This document shows, in pieces, positions 53,301 through 64,000 of a DNA stretch of 64,000 nt. How positions within the stretch are numbered: the first letter of the stretch is position 1; each line of letters starts with the position of its first letter. A program made the position numbers and the translations under genes. The stretch lies in contig JAAOMT010000480.1 of the NCBI GenBank assembly GCA_016748015.1, forward strand, positions 682,001-746,000. The letters run 5' to 3'. This DNA is from Geosiphon pyriformis uo1 (lineage: Eukaryota > Fungi > Glomeromycota). The notes below the pieces were generated by a model. The model was not told the DNA's origin and ran no database searches. It worked only from the letters and a program-made list of their open reading frames with translations.

Positions 53301-54142
53301 TTGGAATAGTACTGCTCTAGTTTGGCACCCTGACTTTTATATGCTCTCTGGGAGTACATGTCAAGTCACTACTGCTCTTCATATGTACTTCATAAAAGCT
53401 GTCCATTTCAAGTTGCTTGTTGCTGTTCGAAAGAGACTGTATAGTAAGGATTACCCTGGTGTGGTATGTCTATTTTGTGGTAATGTGGAACTCCCCAATT
53501 ACGGCTTTACTTGTGTTAAGAATGCTTTTGTGTGGTGGGAAACTTTGGTGGTTTGTGGAAAACTCTGATGGGTCCTGATCTACTATCGCCGTCTTTTGTG
53601 TTGTGAGATCTCTCACTGGAGGTGTCTGATGTTGGTTTGTATTTGGTTTTTTGCAAGGGATTTGTTCTCAAGAGTTGGATGGATGAGGCCATTGCTTCTC
53701 TCAGTAACAAGAAGAAAGTGGCCTTTGTGGTAGTGGATTTTGTTCATCATTTAGCTAAGAGTCATAAGACAAATCTCTGGCTTTTTAGAACTAAGTTCAG
53801 ATTTGACATGGAAAGAAGTGGTTTGATTGATGATGATGTTTTTGTGGCCAGTGCTCTTAGTGTGGGTGTTCTGCCTTTTTTGGCTAGCATGGTCCATCTT
53901 ACTAGTGTGTTAGATTCCCTTGATGTTGGTTTCGGTTTTAGAAATAGGTTCTTGTTTTTGTCTGGTGCTGTTTATAGGGTTAGTGTTTCTATAAGTGTGT
54001 AGTGTTGTCTTGATTGGCTTGAGTGGCTGGTCACATATAACAAATGCATGAACCATGTTTAGTTGGCTACTTTTTTTTGTAACTTATTTTAGACTTTAGT
54101 TGGGCTACACTCGTTAATAAAATAAAATAAAAAATAAAAAAA
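47365..54142 (+). mobile_element. Full-length degenerate LINE (copy C): ORF1 47498-49331, ORF2 49328-54002, 3' UTR, A-rich tail
   Basis: ORF1 RRM (EFGEIKLIKIQLIGLWQKAVVEF) and CKRCEKFSHSVLEC knuckle. ORF2 APE (TETKL, GGDFNE, SDHLAV), RT (QDMRKAYDSV, GLNQGEVFSP, AFVDDT, YLG), RNase H (VYTDGS, HTDSQ, KVKGH) and CLFC finger. Multiple stops and a few frameshifts. Confidence 0.96.
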
Positions 54143-54737
54143 TTTTAACTTTTTTGTTTTTTGTTTTAATTGTGATTATAATAAATACAAAAGAAAATAA
54201 TAATAATAAAATAATTTTATTTATTATTTTTTAAATTTTTTTTTATTTATTATAAATTTTTTAAAGCAAATTTTAATAAAAAAGTTTTTTAATTTTTAAT
54301 GTTTATTATAATTTTATAAAAAACAATTTTTATATAATAAACTTAATAAGTGTTTTTAGCAATATTATATTTAAAAATAAAGATATTTAAAGAAATATTT
54401 TATGATCTAACAAGTAATTTATTTTCTTAAAAAAAGAGTTTTAATAAATAATATTAAGTAATTAAGTAATAAAAAAAGTATTTGTTTGAACAAATTTTTG
54501 TTTAATTTTAATGTTTTTTAGTATAAATAATAAGTTTAATAATAATAATAACAGTATTATTTTAATTAATAATAATTTTAAGTCTAAACTTTATAGCTTA
54601 ATTTAAATATAACTTGATTTATTTGTTTAATAAAACCTAAAAATTTTCCAAGTAATTTGATTTAAATACTTTTAAAATTTTAAAAACAAGTAATTTTAAC
54701 TTATAAAGTCTAAAAAACATAATAGTTTTTAACTATT

Positions 54738-57700
54738 CTATTATTATTATTATTTTTTTATTTGCTTAACAAGTGAGATCCAAATACTACCTAGTGCTAT
54801 ACATTAAAAAAATAATCTAAACTAGACATGAATCATGTACTTTCTACATGTGACCAGCCACTTGGGCCAATCAGAACAACACTACACAGCTATGTGAACT
54901 GAAACTGGATCACCTATACCCAAAAAAAACAAACAGGGTTTGCAAAAGCCAAACCGAATACCAAAAACATTAGTAATACCAAGCAATTTGACCACTCCAG
55001 CAGAAAATCTTGAAGCCAAATCTGAAATCAAAATAAGAACCGAATCATCAAGGGAAATCAACCCATTTCTTTCTATATAAGCTTGATGTTTAGCATGAAC
55101 TAACCAAACATTTTTCCTAAAAGCTAAACCAAAAGAGCATACAAACTTGACAACCTCCAAACCAGTGATCTTAGGATCATGGAAAATGGAAACAGTCTCA
55201 TGATACCAACCACTAAAAACAAAATCCTTACAAAGAGCCATAAATACAAGAGAATCAGAACCACAGGATAATAGCAGCTGTAAAACACCAGAAGAGAAAT
55301 GAGAGAAGCCAGAAACTGTCTTATAGAAATCCACATAAGCTTCCAATATCCAATATTGAACAGATGCATCAATTTTGCAAGAAAATACATGATCTGACAC
55401 CTTAATATTACCACAATATAAGCACAACACACTAAGATAAAGTCTATTATAAAGGCGCTTTCACACGGCAACTGGTAGTTAATAGTGCAAAGCTTTTATA
55501 AAGTATGTGCATGTATTAGCCAAGAGTCTGCTGGTGAAACTGATGGTCATGTGCAAATCAGGATGCCACACCAAAGATAAACAAAGCCAGTCAATCTCAA
55601 AAATCAAACTGTTCATCAAAAACTTAGAACCAGACCCAATTTTTCAGCATGCATGACAAACAGAATGATAAATATCATGTACAAAATGTTTAAAATTGCC
55701 AGAAATAACACTACCATCAGCCATTATGAAGCGCTTATCTAAGCAAAGAGAAAAATGCCAACTAGAGAGAAAGGCAGCACCAGCAATTATGTTAGCATGT
55801 TTATTCTTTGAAATACCAGAGTGACTCTTTATCTTGTGCCAATTAATTCTTAAATTCTTACTATGAATGACATTATCAATATGTTAGCACTTGACCCAGT
55901 ACTTATTGCAAAAGTCAGGACTCATCAGACCCAATTCCAACTTACAAGCATCCAAAGCAGATTGACTATCTGAAAACAAGCAAACAAAACTAGATATGGG
56001 AACACACTTCAGGACCAATGCAATAGTCTGTAATTCCGCCATGGTCAATGATATCAAACTTAACATATCAACACCTAAACCCAAATTAATGTCCTCAAAA
56101 AAAGCAGCAGTGCCAGCCTTACAGCCAACTGTGCCCAAATCTTTTAGAGACCCATCTGTATACACAAACAAACTACTAGAACTAGCTCTAGAAAAATGGT
56201 CGCAAATAGACACATAATCATTAGAATCAAGGATGTTCTGACAATCAATTCCACTCAAACCCAAGGGACAAGCAGAAAAAAGAGCTAAACTATTGAGAAA
56301 TGCCACAAAAATCTTGAACTATTCAGGAACAGGACCATAAAGGTCGAGTCTCTTCCACTGTTTGAAAGTACACTAGTTAAAGACAGTATCTCAACTATTT
56401 CAAAGTTGATCCACAAAAGCTACCCTATACTGATGGAGAGAAGGAAAAAACTTAAAAAAACTAGACTCACCCAGAACAATAGACATAGAAGTCCCATCAT
56501 GAAATCAAAAAGAATTAGCCAAAAAGCCACTCAGAGACAGATTGCATTCAAGAAAAATGTGAACCATATCTGCCAGAAAGTTATTTGAAGCACTAACACA
56601 CATATAGACAAAAAAACTTAATAGATGAACAGGACACCAACACAGAACTTGTAAGTCATGTGACCTGTAAAAAAACAAGCAACCCAAGACTCCACCAGAA
56701 TTCACAAAATTAACTAGGAAAGCAACTTTACTCTCAGACTGTACTTGTAAAAAAGATTTCAAACCATAAAAGAAAAGATGATAAATTGTGTCACTAGGAA
56801 AGTTAAACAGTAAACCAGATTTAAGCTTTAAATCTTTGCAAATCAGAGCATCCCACTTGTTACACACACCAACAAAAATAAAGCTGAATCACATTCTATA
56901 ATTGACTATAGGATGGAGAACTGCTAATACTAAATACAAAAGCTGCTTATCCAAGATAGCTTTTTTTAGAACCAGATTGGTGAAAAAATGAATGTCTGAA
57001 TTTGCCTTAGCCAAACTAGGCTTTGAGAGACCTTCAATTGAGAGAAAAATACCTAAATACTAATGAGATTCACTCTTTCTGGCAATAGAGATCAGTAATC
57101 CACTAATAGAAAGAGAAAGATTACTGGCTTTGCTGTTGATAGAAATGGCTACTGTTTTGTCATTATTAATAGAAATGTCATTGATCCAAAAGAATTTGCC
57201 AACATCAAAAATGTGTTAAGTAGTTCTCTGACTGCAACCAACCCAAATTGTATCATCGACAAAAACGCCAGCAGCAAAAAAAGAAGAAAGCCCAGCTTGA
57301 GACTCAGTGTGACCACTTTTGGAAATAAAATAAGAATTCAATCTATACCCACACACATTTTCCTAATGCTTGACTTCACACAATAAAGGGTTATAAAATA
57401 TGTGCTACAGAAGAGGGAAAAACATCTCTCCCTGGTTTAGACTGTCATGCACACAATAACCACCTGTCAAACCAAAATCTGTTATAACTCTGTTGGTGCA
57501 ATCTCTATAAATACCACTAAAAAAATGAATGAACTTGCTGCACATTTTGATCCTGACCAAACTCTTCTCAAGATGTTCTCAGCCAACTGAATTGTATGCC
57601 TTTCACATGTCTTGTAAAACCAGCCAAAGCTCCTGGTTTTTTTCCAAAGCATCCTCAATAACCAAACCAATAATAAATATGTGAAACTAAGTTAATGTAC

Positions 57701-58730
57701 TCTTTAAAACCAAAAAATTGTCTCCATGAAGAACATTAAAAGTGCTGCATGCCAAAAAAATCCTGTCAGAGAGAATCTTGGAAAGAATTTTATGAGCTGT
57801 CTCAATTAAAGCAATAGGATGGGTATTTATTAAAACATCTTCTCACTTATATGGTTTGGGAATCATTGAAACTCAAGCCTCCTTCCAAAAGCTGGGCACT
57901 AATTTACTAAACAGACAGAAGTTCAAAAGCACCAAAAGCATATTCAAAACTGACTTATTACAATGTTTCTAAAGCTTATTCAATACACTTGAGAGACCAG
58001 CAACTTTGCTGTCAGGCAGATCAGAAATCACATCAACCAACTCATTAAATTCAATTGAACACATGACACCAGAAAAAGCCTTATCAAAAACATATTCCAA
58101 TGGTTGATATTGGTGGTGCCATTTACCAGAGATATCTTCTACCACTTCACATTTCCTAGTTCAACTTTCTATAATCACATCCATCTTAGACTTAACTAAA
58201 TCAGATTCCAGAATCAGTTTGTTATTAACCACCAAATAATCAAGTGCCACTTTGTGAAAGGAACATTTCAGCACACTTCTGATTGTATGACTCTTATTAA
58301 TCTCAAAGCTTTCTATCCTTCTATCAATAGCTGATCTGATGTTTGCCTTCTTAGCCCTCATAGATTCAGCAAGCTTGGCAGCACAATAAAACTTTTTAGC
58401 ATTAAAGAGAACAGAATGGACATGATTAGAGCCAGCACTGGAGTTCACAATATTCTGAACAACTACAGCCTTAACATTGTCTAAAAAAATCCAGCATCTT
58501 ATAAGAGAATCAAAATCCACAATATTTTTCTTATGTGAGGCCTTGACAATCCTAGAAACCAAGAGCTCCAACTTGTGAAATCTCGAAAATTTCTTGGTGA
58601 AAACATTATCAAAGCCTTTAAATCATTTCTTCTTAAACATCTTATTAACTGAAAGAACCATTATTTTGCAAATGATATCCCATATTGTATCTAAATCCGA
58701 AAATTTTGCAGAGATGACAAACTTATCTAA
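54738..58730 (-). mobile_element. Degenerate LINE (copy D): ORF2 from the post-endonuclease linker to the 3' tail; tail-to-tail with copy C
   Basis: RT, RNase H (FVYTDGSL, MAELQ, FSDSQ), CLYCGNIKVSDHVFSC, stop at 54882-54884, conserved 3' UTR and A/(AAT)n tail. Confidence 0.93.
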
Positions 58731-61700
58731 AGCACTAGTAATACCAAATAACCTAACCATCCTTGCAGAGAACCTCGAAGCCAAACCATGAACCAAGACG
58801 ACGGCTGAACCATCTAGCGAGATCAGTCCATTCTTCTCCATATACGCATGATGCTTAGCACAAATTGACCAGACATCCTTCCTGAAAGCAAGACCAAGAG
58901 AGTGCACAAACTTGACAATTTCCAAAACAGCAATCTTGGGGTCGTGAAAGACGGAAACAGCCTCGCTAAACCATCCATTGAAAACAAAGCCCTTAAAAAG
59001 AGCCATAGACACAGAGGAATCAGAAACACTGGATGACAACAGCTGTAATATACCCGAGGAGAAGTGAGAGGAGCCAGAAAGCGCCTTCCAAGACTCTACA
59101 TGAGAATTCAACAACTGGTGCTGAACAGACTTGTCAACCTTGCAAGAGAACACATGATCCGACACCTCCACCTCACCACAATACAAGCACAACACGTTAG
59201 GATAATGTTTATCATATAAGCGCTTCCAAACAGCAACCAGCAGCCGATAGTGCAAAGACTTCATAAAATAAGTACGCACACTGGACGAATACCTGCTGGT
59301 AAATCCTGCAGCCATGTGCAAATCAGGATGCCACACCAATGACGAACAGGGCCAATCAACCTCAGAAGACAAGCTGCCAACCAAAACCCCAGAACCAGAA
59401 CCAACTTCCCACCATGCATGACAAATAAAACGATAAATATCACGAACAAAATGCCTCGAATTTCCAGAAACGACATCACCATCAGCTGCCAAGAAGTGCT
59501 CACTCAAGCAAGGGGGAAGATACCAATTGGAGAGAGAAATGGCACCAGCGATCACATCAGCACACTTGTTTCCTGGAACACCAGAATGACCTTTCACCTT
59601 GCGAAAGCTAACCCTTAACTTCTTACTATGAATTAGGTTGACAATATGACGATGTTTGACCCAACACTGATTACGAAAATCGGGACACACCAGATTCAAC
59701 TCTGACCTGCAAGCATCCAATGCTGATTGACTATCTGAGAACAAACAAACAGAGCTTGACAGGGGAACACACTCCAGAGCTAAAGCAACAGCCTGCAATT
59801 TCGCCAAAGTAAACGACATCAAACCCGAAACCCTTATGCCCAAACCCAAACCAATGTCCTCAAAAAAAACAGCAGCACCAGCTCTACAGCCAACCGTGCT
59901 AAGACCACTAAGAGATCTATCTGTATACACTGACAGGCTGCTAACACTGGTCACCAAGAGACGATCATGAATAGACACAAAATCACCAGACTCAAGAATG
60001 TTCGAAGGACTACCATCTCCCAAAACTAGAGACTGATCGTGAGAAGATCTCACACTATTGAGAAACAAAACAGAATGCTTGAACCACTTAGGAACTGGGC
60101 CACAGGGGTCCAATCTCTTCTACCGCTTGAAAGTGTACCAATCATAGACAGCACCATGACGGTCACGAAGTTGATTCACAAAGACAATACCATACCGCCG
60201 AAGGGAAGGGAGAAACTTGAGAAACCTTGACTTGCTCAGAACCTCAGACATAGGCACTCCGCCATGAGACCGAAAGAAACTAACCAAAGAGCCACCTAGA
60301 GACACATTGCAATCGACAAGAACACGAACCATGCCTGCCAGAAAGTTATTAAAAGCACTGACACAAATACGAACAGGAGAACACAATAGATGAACAGGGT
60401 GCCAACACAAAACTTGCAAGTCATGAGACCTGTGGGAGAACAAACGACCCAAGATACCACCAGAGTTCGCAAAACCGACAAGAGAAGTGATCTTGCTTTC
60501 AGATTGAACTTGAGAAAATGACTTCAAACCATAAAATGAAGGGTGGTAAACCATATCATTAGAGAAATCGAGTGGCAAACCAGACTTGAGCTTCAAACTT
60601 TTACGAATCAGAGCATCCCACTTCCCGCACACGCCAACAGGAATAAAACTGAACTGAGTTCTATAGCTGATTATCGGATGCAGAACTGCTGACACCAAAT
60701 ACAAAAACTGTTTATCTGAGACCGCCTTCCTCAACACCAGATTGGTGAAAAAGCGAACGTCCGAATGCGCCTTAGCCAAGCTAGGCTTCAAAAGACCCTC
60801 AGTTGACAGAAATATGCCCAGATATCGGTGGGATTCGCCCTTTTTGGCAATAGAAATGGGCGAACTGCTGATAGAAAGGGAGGGACTGCTGACTCTGCTA
60901 TTGATAGGAATGACTACCATTTTGTCGTTGTTAATAGAAATGTCATTGATAAAAAAAAATTCACTAGCAACATCGAGAATATATTGAGTAGCCATCTGAC
61001 TGCTATCAACCCAAATCGTATCATCAACAAAAGCACCAGTGGCAAAAAAAGAAGAAAACCCAGCCTGAGATTCGGAACGACCATTCTTGGAAACAAAGTG
61101 AGAGTTCAACCTATACCCACATACACTCTCCTGTCTTTTGACTTCGCACAAAAGAGGATCATAAAATATGCGCCAAAGAAGAGGAGAGAAGACCTCTCCC
61201 TGGTCCAAACCATCGTGCACACGGTAACCGCTTGTCAGTCCAAAATCAGTCATAACTTGGTTGGTACGATCTCTATGAATACCACCAAAAAACTGAATAA
61301 ATTTGCTACACATCTTAATCCTGACCAAACTTTTCTCGAGATGCTCCCAGCCAACCGAGTCATATGCTTTCTACATGTCCTGCAGAACCAGCCATAGCTC
61401 CCTGTTTTTTTCTAAAGCATCTTCGACCACCGAACCAATTGCAAAAATAGGGGACTGGGTTGTTGTACCCTTCAAAACTGAAAAATTAGCCCTTCGAAGC
61501 ACGTCAAAAATACTGCATGCCAAAGAAATCCTGTCCGAAAGTATCTTGGAAAGAACCTTGCGAGCCGTTTCGATCAAGGCAATAGGACGTGTGTTCGTTA
61601 AAACACCTTCTCACTCATAAGGTTTCGGAATCATCGAGACCCATGCTTCCTTCCAAGGGCCGGGCACTGACTCACAAGACAAACAAGAGTTCAAGAGCAC

Positions 61701-64000
61701 CAACAACATATCCAAAACTGACCTATTACAATGTTTCCAAAGCTCATTTGAAATACCCAACAAACCAGCCGCTTTACCCTCCGGAAGATCAGAAATCACC
61801 CCAAGAAACTCATCATACTCAATCAAACACATGACACCAGAAAAAGCTTCATTAAAAACATACTCTAGTGGCTGATATTAAAGGCACCAATCATCCGAGA
61901 CATTATCGACCACCCGATGCTTCCTAGTCCAACCTTCCATGATTGCATCTACCTTGGATTTGATCTGCTCAGGTTCCAAAATCAATTCGTCATCAACCAC
62001 CAAATGATCCAGCACAATCTTACAAAACGGGCGCTCCAACACACTTCTTATTGTATGACCTTTATTTACCTCAAAGCTTTCCATCCTCTTGTCTATCGCA
62101 GATCTGATGCATGCTTCTTTAGTACTCTGAATTTCAATGAGCTTGGACTTTTGATAAGATTTCCTGGCACCAAAAAGAGCAGAACAAACACGACCAGATT
62201 TCACACCAGAGTCCACCAGATCTTGAACGACCAAAGCCTTGACACTGTTCAGAGAAGCCCAGCACCTCATAAGAGAAGCAAAATCCACAACACACCCCAC
62301 ACGAAAAGCCTTAATAATTTTTGAAACCAGAAGCTCCAACTTGTGGAACCTTGACGACTCTTTGGTAAAGACACCATCAAATTCTTTGAACCACTTTTTC
62401 TTGAACACTTCATTAGCCGAAAGAATCATTATTCTGCGAACAACATCCCACATTGCGTCCAAATCCAAAAACCTCACAGAAACAGCAAACTCATCTGAGA
62501 ACATTGTTGCATTAGCCAATGTGGTACACTTAAAATCGATCCATTTACTCTCATCAGCACCCTTGAAATCAAACTTCCATCTGTCTCTGTTTGCTTGCTT
62601 GCGAAAAGAGCTCAATTGCGTATCCAGAAGCCCACCCAGACCCAAAGACACTGAGACAGCTTGATGATCCATGTCAAAGTGCTCACTGACACCCAAAACA
62701 TTACAATGTACCATCACATTGACCAGATTCGGAGAGACAAACACGTAATCAATCGTTTTTTTGACACCCTTAGAGTTCTCCCAAGTGGGCATTTTCACAG
62801 CTGGGCTCCCAACCAAAGAGTTAATCAATCCCAAATCAAGGCACTTCTTGAAACTCGCACACTTATGAGAGCCGTCTTCATTAAAATCGCCACTGAGGAT
62901 AACAAAGGAGGACTCGTTAACAGCTTTTGCGATGATAGAGTTAATTTCACCTGTCTGAGAGAACCAGACCACCGAAGAAGCGCCAGCGTACAGTCCCAAA
63001 ATTGACACAGAGAGCCTGTTCTTGAAAAGTAACTTGATAGACAACAACTGACCCGGGACCTCAGACACTTTGCACACATGTCTCGCCAAAAAAAAGTTCA
63101 TAACCACTGCCACACCAGCACCCAGATACCCAGAATCCAAACCAGTAGTAAACACCCGAACCCCATCAAACTTGTTAATGATCCAGGGCCGAACCTTACC
63201 TTTTAACTTAGTTTCAGTAAAAATCGAAATTGAATTGTCCATGTCCTTATGCCAACGAACGACATCACCCTGCTTCACAGGGTTGTTCATTCCTCTAACA
63301 TTGCATGTAGCAACTCTCCATACTAATTCACTCATTGGGAGGGGAATTGGAAGTTCGCACCACCAGCCAAAGCCAGACTATCGAAACAAGCGGACAAGAT
63401 CAACACAGATTTGGAGAGGCCCTCCAACATATTTTCCAACTTGACAACATGGGGGAATATGGATGAGTCCACAATCGTGGCAGACTCATGGCCATTAGCC
63501 ATACTTAAGTCCATATCCAATGTCACATTACTTTCCGAATTCTGTGGCAGGGCGACCACCGGCAGCCGGCATCCGTGACCAGGCTGGGGAACCACCAGCA
63601 CAAGCAAATCTAACCTCTTGGCCAACCCATCAATTTGTTTTGCGAGACTGACAAGACCATCCTCGATACTGACCAGTCTTTTTTCCAGATCTTTTGCAAC
63701 AGGAGGGGTAGGTTTACCATCAACGACAGAACCAAAACTTGCCTTATCACCAAAGAGAGAGGGAGCACTAACCACCGATGCCCAAGTTTTACCACCAAAA
63801 GCCAAAGGACGAGAGATAGGTGCAGATCTCCTTGCATAAATTTTCGCCAATCTGGATTGGTCCTGAACCGAAAGGCGAGTCTTTCTGCCTCCTGCAATCC
63901 CAGCACCCTTGACTGTTCTGCAACCAAGAGAAGTATGACCAAATTTCTTACAAACCGCACATGAAGCTAAAGAAAGACGGGACCAACGAAGACCAAAGCT
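58731..64000 (-). mobile_element. Least-mutated LINE (copy E): end of ORF1 (to 63332) and ORF2 (63335 down to 58731); continues beyond the window; lacks its 3' end
   Basis: ORF1 CAVCKKFGHTSLGC knuckle. ORF2 stays in one frame with four premature stops (61878, 61611, 61371, 60120): WRVATCNVRGMN, IFTETKL, GDFNE, IDYVFVS, GLDQGEVFSPLLW, AFVDDT, RNase H, CLYCGEVEVSDHVFSC. Confidence 0.97.

Noticed and set aside
54015-54026. tRNA A-box-like TGGCTTGAGTGG in the LINE 3' UTR
   Set aside because: No B box or cloverleaf downstream; better explained as a hairpin loop.

Overview
Eukaryotic fungal genomic DNA, most likely an early-diverging fungus (Mucoromycota, probably Glomeromycotina/Geosiphon-like; inferred from the velvet gene, short AT-rich GT-AG introns and the style of the repeats, not from a database match). 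The window has three compartments. (1) 1-9960 is an AT-rich repeat graveyard: a probable LTR remnant, a minus-strand 5' LINE fragment and one full-length, heavily mutated plus-strand LINE. (2) About 10000-45450 is a compact gene island: velvet-domain regulator, HEM13, MICOS Mic26/27, bacterial-type PARG with PIP box and UBA, O-fucosyltransferase-family protein, AAA ATPase, RPL14, PPIL1, IES2, ACSF2-like acyl-CoA synthetase, a large coiled-coil protein, a gamma-glutamylcyclotransferase and KAP123 carrying an intronic box C/D snoRNA. It also holds an unexplained ~1.5 kb ORF-less, hairpin-rich segment at 20.4-21.95 kb. (3) About 45500-64000 holds four more copies of the same non-LTR retrotransposon group (ORF1 RRM+CCHC; ORF2 APE-RT-RNase H-CCHC) in a graded series of C>T/G>A erosion. 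Best leads: the candidate long structured ncRNA, the PARG-PIP-UBA fusion, RIP-like erosion confined to repeats, and a conserved pseudoknot-like fold at the LINE 3' end. Exon boundaries were read by eye; no searches or folding computations were run.
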